Source: Cyclobacteriaceae bacterium (GTDB lineage Bacteria > Bacteroidota > Bacteroidia > Cytophagales > Cyclobacteriaceae). Taken from it: a stretch of 64,000 nt of DNA. Made by a program: the position numbers and the translations under genes. Within the stretch, counting starts at the first letter, position 1, and each line of letters begins with the position of its first letter. Under the pieces are notes generated by a model. It was not told the origin of the DNA, ran no database searches, and saw nothing but the letters and a program-made list of their open reading frames with translations. Shown one piece after another: positions 37,358 through 47,197 of this stretch. Where the stretch lies: positions 27,815-91,814 of the forward strand of contig JAGQYK010000004.1 in the NCBI GenBank assembly GCA_020436125.1, given 5' to 3'.

Positions 37358-38413
37358 CTAGCTAAACAAATTCAAATTTCCACCTTTTCTGAATTGGGTA
37401 AGATCAAGAGGAGCCATACCTTTTCCTGAGAAGTATTTCTTTTTAGCTATACTATAGAGTTGATGAATGGCATTGGCAATTTGGCCATCACCGGCCATGC
37501 GTCTGCCAAAAACGGAGTCATTAACGTTGCCTCCATGCAGTTCGCTTATTTGATTCCATACTTTTTCAAATCGGTCAGGAAAATTTTTCCTTAGCCAGTC
37601 TTCAAAGATTTTGCTTATTGACCCGTTTAATCTTACTACGGTCATTCCGCAAGTAGTCGCTCCATGTTCGGAAGCGGCCTTTAATATGTTGGGAATTTCA
37701 TGATGATTAAGCCCTGGTATGATGGGCGCATTCATTACCCCGACCGGAATGCCTTCTTTTGCGAGCGCCTCAATGGTTTGAAGCCGCTTGCTGGCGCTGG
37801 CTGTTCTGGGTTCCATTTGCCTCCTCAATTCCTCGTTAAGAGTAGTAATAGAGATCATTACATTAACGAGCCTGTCTTTAGCAAGTTCTTTTAAAATGTC
37901 AATGTCTCTCTGAATGAGAGCGTTTTTGGTAATAATGCCAACTGGGTGGCGGTACTTTAGAAGTACCTGAAGCATTTTACGGGTAATCTCAAATTTCTTC
38001 TCCTGAGGTTGGTAACAATCAGTATTACCAGAAAGCATAATGGGAACCGCTTGCCATGTGGGCTGCAGTAAATGTTTCTCCAGTAGGTCCGGAGCATTTT
38101 GCTTGATGATGATTTTGGTTTCAAAGTCTAACCCTGCACTAAAGCCATAGTACTCATGAGTATTTCTGGCATAGCAGTAAATGCATCCGTGTTCACAACC
38201 CTGATACGGGTTCATGGAGTAACCAAAATTCAGGTCGGGACTGTTTACTTTATTGACAATCTTCTTTGGGGATTCATGAAAGATCTGGGTTAGTGGGGTT
38301 TCCAATAACTCCTCATCCAATCCTTCTATGTGGTTGGTGGTATATTGGTTTTTTAAGTATTTATTTTCGCTTTTTATTTGAGCCCCTCGGCCTTTAAAAT
38401 AAGTTGAATCCAT
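37358..38413 (-). CDS. PA0069-family radical SAM protein
   Basis: KGRGAQ N-terminus, SMNPYQGCEHGCIYC (CxxxCxxC), SGNTDCYQP, MEPRTAS. Confidence 0.92.
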   Translation of the reverse strand: MDSTYFKGRGAQIKSENKYLKNQYTTNHIEGLDEELLETPLTQIFHESPKKIVNKVNSPDLNFGYSMNPYQGCEHGCIYCYARNTHEYYGFSAGLDFETKIIIKQNAPDLLEKHLLQPTWQAVPIMLSGNTDCYQPQEKKFEITRKMLQVLLKYRHPVGIITKNALIQRDIDILKELAKDRLVNVMISITTLNEELRRQMEPRTASASKRLQTIEALAKEGIPVGVMNAPIIPGLNHHEIPNILKAASEHGATTCGMTVVRLNGSISKIFEDWLRKNFPDRFEKVWNQISELHGGNVNDSVFGRRMAGDGQIANAIHQLYSIAKKKYFSGKGMAPLDLTQFRKGGNLNLFS

Positions 38414-38462
38414 CAATGCAAATTACTAAATAATTTAGCAGAATTAATTAAAATTTTAGCAA

Positions 38463-39344
38463 TTGATTTATCAGCAAACATCAGCGCAACGGTTGAAGAG
38501 CCCCTTTTTGAGTAAAGCAGGCATATCTTTGCGGATATGGAGGGAAGATTTGAACCACCCATTCATTTCAGGGAATAAGTGGTGGAAATTAAAATACAAT
38601 CTGGAGACCGCTGGAAAAGAAGGGCATAATCAATTGCTCACTTTTGGTGGAGCCTATTCCAATCACTTGTATGCTACAGCAGCAGCTGCACATGAGTTAG
38701 GTTTTAAGAGCATAGGAATCGTAAGAGGAGAAAAGCAGCCAGACCTCAATTCAACATTAGCTTTTTGCGAGAGCAAGGGGATGCACCTTCATTATATAAG
38801 TCGTGAGCAATATCGTGAAAAGAATAGCGAAGCCTATATACAATCCTTACGGGATCAATTTGGTGAATTCTATTTGATTCCAGAGGGGGGTACGAATTCG
38901 ATGGCCATCAAGGGATGCGAGGAATGGGCTCGTCAAATTGAAGAAGTTGAGGATTTTGACTATTTGTGTTTGCCGGTTGGAACATCGGGAACAATGGCCG
39001 GTATGGTGAATCAATTAAGCGATAAGACTATTGTTGGGTTTTCAGCTTTGAAGGGAGGGGATTTTCTTCAGGTGGAAGTACAAAAGTGGCTGAAACATGA
39101 TATCAGAAATTGGCAGATAAGAACGGAGTATCATTTTGGAGGATATGCTAAAGTGAAAAACGAACTTCTGGATTTTATCATTGATTTTGAGAGGGAATAT
39201 CAAATTCCGATTGACCCTGTCTACACATCTAAAATGATGTACGGAGTCTTCGACCTTATTCAACAAAAAGCTTTTAAACCAGACTCAAAAGTTTTGGTTT
39301 TGCATACAGGAGGACTTCAGGGCAGAGCTGGATTTAACTTCTGA
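38463..39344 (+). CDS. PLP-dependent ACC deaminase / D-cysteine desulfhydrase family protein
   Basis: ISGNKWWKLKYN, TFGGAYSNH, IPEGG, VGTSGT, DPVYTSK, HTGGLQG. Confidence 0.9.
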   Translation: MIYQQTSAQRLKSPFLSKAGISLRIWREDLNHPFISGNKWWKLKYNLETAGKEGHNQLLTFGGAYSNHLYATAAAAHELGFKSIGIVRGEKQPDLNSTLAFCESKGMHLHYISREQYREKNSEAYIQSLRDQFGEFYLIPEGGTNSMAIKGCEEWARQIEEVEDFDYLCLPVGTSGTMAGMVNQLSDKTIVGFSALKGGDFLQVEVQKWLKHDIRNWQIRTEYHFGGYAKVKNELLDFIIDFEREYQIPIDPVYTSKMMYGVFDLIQQKAFKPDSKVLVLHTGGLQGRAGFNF

Positions 39345-39942
39345 TTACGCTTCGGAGTCTTGAGAAAAATGGCATTCGTGCTCCAGGCTCAGGCATGGCC
39401 CCACTCTCTCGAGCAGCTTTTACCCCCTCTATGGTGTAGAAGGCGCTAGGCACAGTCCGTTTCAATTCACCAAGAAATTTTTCCAGCCGCTCTCTTTCAA
39501 GAACACAGAATATGATGCTTTCATCCCCGTCAGGGCCAAAGGCTTCAAGGCAGGTGTAGCGGATTTTTTCCAACTTTAAAAAGGATAGAAACTCTGTGGC
39601 ATCTTTACGAGTGATTATCCTTACCACTACTTTGCCATAAGCAATTCGTTCTTCAATGATCATACCCATAAGAATACCACCAGCAAAGCCCGCGGGGTAA
39701 GCAATATAACACATCCAATTATCGAGGTGTGCAAAAATCTGGCGGATGGCCATTAGCCAGATAAAAGCCTCAAAAAAACCCAGCAGTGTGGAGGTCATTC
39801 TTCGGCCGCCCAGCATGTAGATAATTCTTACCGTATTGATGGAGACATCGCAAATACGGGCAATGAAAATGAGGAGGGGCAATATCAGAAAGCTGAAGAT
39901 GGCGTCAGAAAACCCGAGTGTTTCTATAAAGAAGTGATCCAT
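39334..39942 (-). CDS. DUF2179/DUF5698-type membrane protein
   Basis: LIFIARICDVSINTVR...GFFEAFIWL...YPAGFAGG. Confidence 0.82.
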   Translation of the reverse strand: MDHFFIETLGFSDAIFSFLILPLLIFIARICDVSINTVRIIYMLGGRRMTSTLLGFFEAFIWLMAIRQIFAHLDNWMCYIAYPAGFAGGILMGMIIEERIAYGKVVVRIITRKDATEFLSFLKLEKIRYTCLEAFGPDGDESIIFCVLERERLEKFLGELKRTVPSAFYTIEGVKAARESGAMPEPGARMPFFSRLRSVIRS

Positions 39943-39970
39943 AGCGCAAAACTAATCTAAACAAGGAGTC

Positions 39971-41353
39971 CTACCCAAATAAATCCTGAATGACCTCCGT
40001 CAGCTTGCTAAAGACTTTTACTTCTATGCTAACCTTTTTAGAATCAATTGACTTCTGATTGTACTTGGAGATATAAATTTCTTTAAAGCCAAGCTTCTCT
40101 GCTTCAGAAATGCGCTGATCGATTCGGTTCACAGCACGCAACTCTCCACCCAGTCCGATCTCTGCAGCAAAACAAACCTTATCATCAACCGGAATCTCCT
40201 CCATGGAGCTGATGATGGAAATACAAACAGCCAAGTCAATAGCTGGATCTTCAACCTTTATTCCTCCGGCCATATTCACAAAGACATCCTGTGTTCCCAT
40301 TCTGAAACCACAACGCTTTTCCAACACGGCCAAAAGCATGTTCAATCTTTTTTGATCGAAACCGGTTGGAGTTCTTTGAGGTGTTCCGTAAGAAGCTGGA
40401 CTTACCAAAGATTGAATTTCAATAAGTAGTGGTCTGTTGCCTTCAATTGTAGCACCAATAGTGGCACCACTCACCTGGCCTTCTTTTTGGGAGATTAAAA
40501 TTTCCGATGGGTTAGAAACTTCTCGTAAGCCAGTTCCCAACATTTCGTAAATGCCTAACTCTGATGTGGAGCCAAACCTATTTTTTGTGGTACGCAAGAT
40601 GCGATAGGCCAAATGACGATCTCCTTCAAATTGAAGCACTGTGTCTACCATGTGCTCCAATACTTTTGGCCCGGCCAGCATACCATCTTTGGTGATATGA
40701 CCTACCAGAAATACAGGGGTATTGGTTTCCTTGGCAAATTTCATCAGTTCTGCGGTGCACTGCCTTACTTGCCCTATGCTTCCAGCAGCGGAGTCTAGCA
40801 TTTGCGTGTGTAATGTTTGAATAGAGTCTATGATGACCAGCTGAGGATTCAACGATTCTATGGCTGTGAAAATATTTTTGGTACTGGTTTCGGTGAGTGT
40901 AAAGAAGTTAGTGGCTTTGGTTTCATCAGGCGATAGTCGCTCTGCTCTCATTTTTATTTGCTGTTCACTTTCCTCACCTGACACATACAAAACTTTATGG
41001 CTACGCAAGGCCAATCCGATTTGAAGCATTAAAGTAGATTTACCTATACCGGGTTCTCCACCAATTAGTATCAATGATCCAGGAATGATACCTCCCCCTA
41101 AAACGCGATTTAATTCGTTGTCGGGCGTAAGTACCCTAAATCCTGAAGTAGGTTCAATTTCCTGTAAGGTTTTTGGTTTGGCCTGTCTGGCTTTAGAAGA
41201 ATCCTGGCGCCATTCTGCTTTATTTTTACTTTGCTTCTCTACGACTTCTTCTGCAAAAGTATTCCATTCATTGCATGAGGGGCATTTTCCTACCCATTTG
41301 GCAGACTCGTGGCCACAATTTTGACAAAAAAATACAGTTTTTGACTTAGACAT
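39971..41353 (-). CDS. radA: DNA repair protein RadA/Sms
   Basis: CQNCG...CPSC zinc finger, GGEPGIGKST, KNRFG motif, Lon-like C-terminus. Confidence 0.98.
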   Translation of the reverse strand: MSKSKTVFFCQNCGHESAKWVGKCPSCNEWNTFAEEVVEKQSKNKAEWRQDSSKARQAKPKTLQEIEPTSGFRVLTPDNELNRVLGGGIIPGSLILIGGEPGIGKSTLMLQIGLALRSHKVLYVSGEESEQQIKMRAERLSPDETKATNFFTLTETSTKNIFTAIESLNPQLVIIDSIQTLHTQMLDSAAGSIGQVRQCTAELMKFAKETNTPVFLVGHITKDGMLAGPKVLEHMVDTVLQFEGDRHLAYRILRTTKNRFGSTSELGIYEMLGTGLREVSNPSEILISQKEGQVSGATIGATIEGNRPLLIEIQSLVSPASYGTPQRTPTGFDQKRLNMLLAVLEKRCGFRMGTQDVFVNMAGGIKVEDPAIDLAVCISIISSMEEIPVDDKVCFAAEIGLGGELRAVNRIDQRISEAEKLGFKEIYISKYNQKSIDSKKVSIEVKVFSKLTEVIQDLFG

Positions 41354-41442
41354 GTAGGATAAATTGAAAAAATTAAGAGAAACCTTATATTTATGATTAA
41401 GCTTCTGCTGTGTTTGATTAGTGTTCCGTAAATATCACACCA

Positions 41443-43461
41443 ATGAAAATATTTTCAACTCTATTACTCCTTTTACTTTCCATTATTACTCAAGCACAGA
41501 AACCCCCCATTAAATTTGGGAAAATTTCAGAGGAGGAATTGAAGATGACTGAATATGAGGGAGATAAATCAGCAGCAGCTGTGGTGTTGGCAGATTATGG
41601 CGAATCCGTAATTAATTATAACCAAACGGAAGGGTTCCAAATCGAATTTGAAAGAATTAGAAGAATTAAGATTCTGAACAAAGATGGGTATGATTGGGCC
41701 AATTTTGAAATTCCATTATATGAGAGGAATAACAATGATGAGAAATTATATGGCTTAAAAGCGCTAACAGTGAATCTTGAAGGGAATAAAGTAGTAGAAA
41801 CGAAACTTGGAAAGGAAGGTATTTTTGAAGAGGAGACGAGTGAGAACTGGAAGAAGATGAAAATTACATTGCCCAACGTAAGGGAAGGGTCGGTAATCGA
41901 TATTACCTATAAAGTAACATCTCCTTATCTCTTCAATTTTCAGGACTGGGCGTTTCAAACCACTATACCTGTGAAATGGAGTGAATATGTGGCCAAAATT
42001 CCTGAATATTTTGAGTATCAGAAATATAGTCAGGGGTATATTCCATTTACGGTAAGTGACCAAAGCTCAACAAGAAAGTCAATGACTCTTGGGATTAAAG
42101 AGCGGTCGGGAGGTCAAACTTTAACAGATGGTCCATCTAAAACTACTTTCCGAACTGAAGCAATTGAATTCCAAGAGGAGACTTTCAGATGGGTTTCTGA
42201 AAATGTTCCTGCTTTTAAAGAAGAGCCGTACATGACAACCGCTAATGATTACATCTCTAAAATGAATTTTGAGTTGGCACAAATTAGATTGCCTAATCGA
42301 CCAGTTGAATTAGTGATGGGAACTTGGGAAAATATCAACAAAGAGCTGCTAGAAGCTACAGAATTTGGTGTTGTTGTTAAAAGATCCAATTTCTTAAATA
42401 AGACAGTAGAAGAACTCATCCGGGGAAAATCAGTTAGCGAAAAAATTGTCACTATTTATAATTATGTTAAGTCAAACGTGCAATGGGACGGGAATTATCG
42501 AAAATATACTGATGGTAATTTTAAAAAGGTACTTGATGAGAAAAAGGGAAACTCAGCTGAAATAAATTTGATGCTGGTATCCATGCTTCAAAAGGCAGGA
42601 TTAAGAGCTGACCCAGTCGTTATTAGTACCCGAAATCATGGGTTTATCAGGCAGTCATTTCCACTTTCCAGTCAGTTTAATTATGTCATTTGCGCTGTTG
42701 AAAGTGACGGCAAGTTGTTACTTCTCGATGCTACTGATCGGAGCCTTTCTGCCAGTATGCTCCCTGAACGATGTCTCAATGGCGTAGGTTTTCTAATTTC
42801 AGAAAGCAATTCAAGGTGGGTTGAATTGGCACCAGTTGTAAAAACAAAAACACTTTTAGAGGCGGTATTGTCATTTGAGGCAGATGGTCAATTAAAAGGA
42901 CAAATTCAGATTACAAGAGAAGGTTACGATGGTCAAAAGATTAGAGGTGACTTTAATGCTAAGGGAGAGGAGGCTTATGTAAATAGGTTGGCTGAAAAGA
43001 ATAACTGGACAATTCACACTCACCAATTAGAAAACCTAAATAATTTGGATGAGCCGGTGAAAGAGACTTACAATCTTACTCTTAATGAAAACCTCCAGGC
43101 GGATATTCTTTATTTAAATCCTATGATTGGTAATTCCTTTATGGAAAACCCATTTAAATCTGAAACGCGAAAATACCCAGTGGACTTTGGTAAAGGGTTT
43201 GAACAGATTAGTATCATGAAGATGAAAATTCCAAATGGGTATTTAGTAGAGGAGTTGCCAGCGCCCATGGCAGTCGGATTGCCAGAAAGGGGAGGAAGGT
43301 ATATATACAATATAGCTAATTCAAATGGAGAAATTGTTCTTACAAGTCTTCTTACAATCAGTAAGGGATTGTATTCGCAATTAGAATATCCACACCTGAG
43401 GGAGTTTTATAACCAAATAATTGCTAAACAAGCTGAGGTAATTGTACTGAAGAAAAAGTAG
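41443..43461 (+). CDS. DUF3857 / transglutaminase-like secreted protein, catalytic Cys absent
   Basis: Signal peptide; TLPNVREGSVID, WAFQTTIP, FKEEPYM; GNSAE where GDCK is expected. Confidence 0.85.
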   Translation: MKIFSTLLLLLLSIITQAQKPPIKFGKISEEELKMTEYEGDKSAAAVVLADYGESVINYNQTEGFQIEFERIRRIKILNKDGYDWANFEIPLYERNNNDEKLYGLKALTVNLEGNKVVETKLGKEGIFEEETSENWKKMKITLPNVREGSVIDITYKVTSPYLFNFQDWAFQTTIPVKWSEYVAKIPEYFEYQKYSQGYIPFTVSDQSSTRKSMTLGIKERSGGQTLTDGPSKTTFRTEAIEFQEETFRWVSENVPAFKEEPYMTTANDYISKMNFELAQIRLPNRPVELVMGTWENINKELLEATEFGVVVKRSNFLNKTVEELIRGKSVSEKIVTIYNYVKSNVQWDGNYRKYTDGNFKKVLDEKKGNSAEINLMLVSMLQKAGLRADPVVISTRNHGFIRQSFPLSSQFNYVICAVESDGKLLLLDATDRSLSASMLPERCLNGVGFLISESNSRWVELAPVVKTKTLLEAVLSFEADGQLKGQIQITREGYDGQKIRGDFNAKGEEAYVNRLAEKNNWTIHTHQLENLNNLDEPVKETYNLTLNENLQADILYLNPMIGNSFMENPFKSETRKYPVDFGKGFEQISIMKMKIPNGYLVEELPAPMAVGLPERGGRYIYNIANSNGEIVLTSLLTISKGLYSQLEYPHLREFYNQIIAKQAEVIVLKKK

Positions 43462-43462
43462 T

Positions 43463-45367
43463 ATGAAATATTTTTCCTTAATATTTTTTTTGTGTTCAAT
43501 AGTAAACGGATTGGCCGCAGACCCTAAGTATGCTGTAGGCGATATTCCCACTGAACTCAAGGAGAAAATGTATGCCGTAGTAAGGGAACAGAAGATTCAG
43601 TATAAGATTCTATCTACAAGCAGCACAACCTTTACTTATCGGAAAGTGATTACAATTTTGAACAGCAAAGCGAAACAGTTTGCTACACTTAGTGTTCATT
43701 ACGATAAGTTTACTTCTGTTAAATCAATCAAAGCTACTGTTTATGATAAAATGGGAAAGGAGGTAAAGAGATTAAAACAAAATGATGTGTCGGATCAAAG
43801 TACTTACGATGGATTCTCTATTTTCAGTGATGATCGCATTAAAACAGTTAATCTTTCTCAAGGTACTTATCCCTATACAGTAGAGATGGAATACGAATTG
43901 GAGATGAAATATTTATATAGTTTCCCTGATTTTTTTCTCTACTACGATGATGAAGTGTCAGCACAAGTGATTGAGTATTCTGTAGTCTATCCTAAAAATT
44001 TGAAACCTCGATACAGACTTTTCAAAGTCAATGAACCTAAAGTAGCAATGCTTGACGGAAAGAATGAAGAAATGCTGTGGCAGTTTATAAATGTAATACC
44101 AGATAAATTTGAACCTTATTCTCCTCCTCTTCATCAGGTTGTCCCCAACCTATCTGTAGCTCCCGTGGATTTCGATTATGGGGGTTATGGAGGAAGGATG
44201 GATTCTTGGAAAAATTATGGGCTTTGGCAACAAAAGCTCAATGAAGGCCGAGGAGAATTGGCAGCATCAACAAAAAGGGAGATCAATGAATTGACTGCGG
44301 GAATTGCCGACAAAGAAGAAAAAACCAGACTCGTTTATAATTATCTCCAGAATAAAACCCGTTATGTAAGTATACAAGAAGGAATCGGAGGAATGCAACC
44401 TTTTCCTGCCGCCTTGGTGGATGAGGTTGGATATGGTGATTGTAAAGCACTATCTAATTATATGGTGGCCTTATTGGAAGAAGTAGGCATTAAGGGCTAC
44501 TATACAAAAATTCGGGCAGGAGAGAACGAGAGAGACATAATTAAAAATTTTCCCAGCCATCAATCGAACCATGTAATCGTGGCTGTTCCTAATGCCTCTG
44601 ATACACTCTGGCTTGAATGCACAAGCCAGACAAACCCATTTGGTTACTTAGGAACATTTACGGGTGATCGGTTTGGGTTAATGGTTACGGAAGAAGGCGG
44701 GAAATTAGTGAGAACACCAGCATATAAAGCGGAGCAGAACACTCAATTCAGAAAGGCAGATGTAACCATTGACTATTCAGGAAACGCAGTTGCAACAATA
44801 AAAACATCTTACTCTGGAATTCAGTATGAAACAGGAGGGTTGGATTTTATAATTGATCGTACGGACAAGCAGAAGGAATGGATTGAGAGAAATACCCAAA
44901 TACCGAGTTTCGATATAGTTTCTTATTCGTTTAGACAACAAAAGGAAAAGATTCCTTTGGCAACTGTTGAATTAGAATTAAAGTTGGATCGCCTTGCTTC
45001 TGTAAGTGGGAAAAGAATTTTTTTTACACCAAATCTAATGAACCGCTTTGCCCCTATAACTCAAAATTTAGAGAATAGGAAAAATAATGTAGTGAAAAGT
45101 ACAGCTTACGTTGATTCCGATACCATTCATTATAAGTTGCCTGAAGATTTCTACCCGGAATTTCTACCCGTGCCCATTAAGCTTAAAAATGTTTTTGGGG
45201 AATACGAATCGGCCTTTAGCTTAGATCAAGGGAAAATAATCTATATCAGAAGATTGAAAATGAACAAAGGAAAATTTCCGGCTGAATCATATAACGAGTT
45301 GACAGCTTTTTACAAAGCGATTATTAAAGCGGATAACGAAAAAATTGTATTGGTGAACAAAACCTAA
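43463..45367 (+). CDS. DUF3857 / transglutaminase-like secreted protein with intact catalytic motif
   Basis: Signal peptide; LQNKTRYVSIQEGIGGMQP, GYGDCKALSNY, SNHVIV, WLECTS. Confidence 0.88.
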   Translation: MKYFSLIFFLCSIVNGLAADPKYAVGDIPTELKEKMYAVVREQKIQYKILSTSSTTFTYRKVITILNSKAKQFATLSVHYDKFTSVKSIKATVYDKMGKEVKRLKQNDVSDQSTYDGFSIFSDDRIKTVNLSQGTYPYTVEMEYELEMKYLYSFPDFFLYYDDEVSAQVIEYSVVYPKNLKPRYRLFKVNEPKVAMLDGKNEEMLWQFINVIPDKFEPYSPPLHQVVPNLSVAPVDFDYGGYGGRMDSWKNYGLWQQKLNEGRGELAASTKREINELTAGIADKEEKTRLVYNYLQNKTRYVSIQEGIGGMQPFPAALVDEVGYGDCKALSNYMVALLEEVGIKGYYTKIRAGENERDIIKNFPSHQSNHVIVAVPNASDTLWLECTSQTNPFGYLGTFTGDRFGLMVTEEGGKLVRTPAYKAEQNTQFRKADVTIDYSGNAVATIKTSYSGIQYETGGLDFIIDRTDKQKEWIERNTQIPSFDIVSYSFRQQKEKIPLATVELELKLDRLASVSGKRIFFTPNLMNRFAPITQNLENRKNNVVKSTAYVDSDTIHYKLPEDFYPEFLPVPIKLKNVFGEYESAFSLDQGKIIYIRRLKMNKGKFPAESYNELTAFYKAIIKADNEKIVLVNKT

Positions 45368-46174
45368 CTACTTAAAAGGGGAATTTTCCTCCTTGGCCAT
45401 AGTGTTATATACAAATCGATCCATTAAGCCAGGAACCCATTTGTTGAGAAACACAGTCAATTTCCCTTGGCTTGTTAGTATGAGGGTTTTTTTACGTTTT
45501 ACAGTGGCGTTATAAATATGCATGGCACATTCTTCTGGGGTCATCATTTTCCCTTCTTCTCTTGGTGAGTCTCCCTGCGGTGAACCATCCTTGAGGAGTG
45601 AACGCTTTCTTATATTGGATGCTGTAAACCCTGGACATGCCGTAAGCACATGTACCCCTGTATTGATGAGTTCTGTTCGTAACGCCTCTAAAAAACCATT
45701 AAGGGCAAACTTAGAGGAACTATAACCTGTGCGGCCTGGCAGCCCACGATAGCCGGCTATAGAAGAAATACCAACGATAGCGCCTTTACTTTTAATAAGA
45801 TGTGGCAAACAACTCTGTGTAGCGCTTACTGCTCCGAAAAAGTTAATGTCCATTACCTTTTTGATTACCTCAAGGTCTACGTCTTGAAACAGCGCTCGCA
45901 TGGAAATGCCGGCATTGTTGATAAGCACATCAATTTTACCAAACTTATTGATGGCCAGTTCAGCCATCCTATCATTATCCACCTTAAGGCTTACATCTCC
46001 TTGACAGCCAATTATTTCAATCCCCATGTTGCTAAGCTCCGCTACAGCAGCATCCAACTCCTCCTTTTTCCTACCTGTAATCAATATCCTAGAACCATTT
46101 TGACCAAAATGGGCTGCCAAGGCTTTGCCTATTCCTGATGATCCTCCAGTGATAATAACAACCTTATCCTTCAT
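45368..46174 (-). CDS. Short-chain dehydrogenase/reductase
   Basis: ITGGSSGIG, LINNAG, YSSSK (YxxxK). Confidence 0.93.
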   Translation of the reverse strand: MKDKVVIITGGSSGIGKALAAHFGQNGSRILITGRKKEELDAAVAELSNMGIEIIGCQGDVSLKVDNDRMAELAINKFGKIDVLINNAGISMRALFQDVDLEVIKKVMDINFFGAVSATQSCLPHLIKSKGAIVGISSIAGYRGLPGRTGYSSSKFALNGFLEALRTELINTGVHVLTACPGFTASNIRKRSLLKDGSPQGDSPREEGKMMTPEECAMHIYNATVKRKKTLILTSQGKLTVFLNKWVPGLMDRFVYNTMAKEENSPFK

Positions 46175-46339
46175 GTAAACATTGGCTAGGTCTTTTAAAC
46201 CTTTTGTTAATGTTAACCGTTCCCGAAATATACTGCAATACTGATGAAAATTCTTCTAAAGTGCTTTTAGTCGTCAACTTCAGAGTAGAAATACGTAATT
46301 GTTATTACTTGCTTATCTTTCGCACGCAAATTTGAAGAG

Positions 46340-47197
46340 ATGTTTTTTCTGCGAATCTTATCACAGTTACCCTTCTCAGTTCTGTACCTCTTTTCGAACT
46401 TTTTATTTTTTGTAACCTATAGGTTAATCAAATATAGAAGGAAGATTGTCGTAAAGAATTTGAAAAACTCCTTTCCTGAAAGTGATGATGCTACTATTAG
46501 GGCACACGAAAAAGAGTTTTATAAGAATCTATGTGATTACTCGGTTGAAACACTGAAGCTACTTACCATTTCTGAAGAGGATCTGAAGGAGAGAATGGTT
46601 TATCTCAATCCAGAGGTTATAACACCCTACAGAGACAAAAGTCAATCTGTTATCTACGTTACTTCGCATCAATTTAATTGGGAATGGCTTGTGGCTGCAG
46701 GAAGTATTTATTTACCTATTCCTGTCGACTTTGTATATCAGCCCCCAAGCAGCAAATTTTTTGATCAATTTTCATTGTTACTCCGTACCCGATTTGGGGG
46801 ACACCCAATTAAACGGGCAGACGTAGCGAGAGAGATAATAAGAAGAAAGGATATAGTACGAGGTGTAGCCATAGTAGCGGATCAATTTCCGGGGCATGAC
46901 AACGACAAGCGGTATTGGACTACTTTCCTCAATCAGGATACAGCCTTTTTTCAAGGCGTAAATCAATTGTCATACATGACACAATACCCTGTTTTTTTTG
47001 CGAAGATGAGTCATCCTAAGCGAGGTTATTATGAAGTGGAATTAGTAAAGATTGGAACGCCTCCCTATGAGAAGGGCAATTTTGATATGATCGAAAATTA
47101 TGTCAAGGCAACGGAAGCAGTAATTAAAAAAGACCCGGCAGGATGGCTTTGGTCTCACAACAGATGGAAGAAAAAAAGAACAGATTCTTACTCCTAA
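46340..47197 (+). CDS. Lipid A / lysophospholipid acyltransferase (HtrB/LpxL family)
   Basis: SHQFNWEW, VADQ, TTFLNQDTAF, WLWSHNRWK. Confidence 0.88.
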   Translation: MFFLRILSQLPFSVLYLFSNFLFFVTYRLIKYRRKIVVKNLKNSFPESDDATIRAHEKEFYKNLCDYSVETLKLLTISEEDLKERMVYLNPEVITPYRDKSQSVIYVTSHQFNWEWLVAAGSIYLPIPVDFVYQPPSSKFFDQFSLLLRTRFGGHPIKRADVAREIIRRKDIVRGVAIVADQFPGHDNDKRYWTTFLNQDTAFFQGVNQLSYMTQYPVFFAKMSHPKRGYYEVELVKIGTPPYEKGNFDMIENYVKATEAVIKKDPAGWLWSHNRWKKKRTDSYS

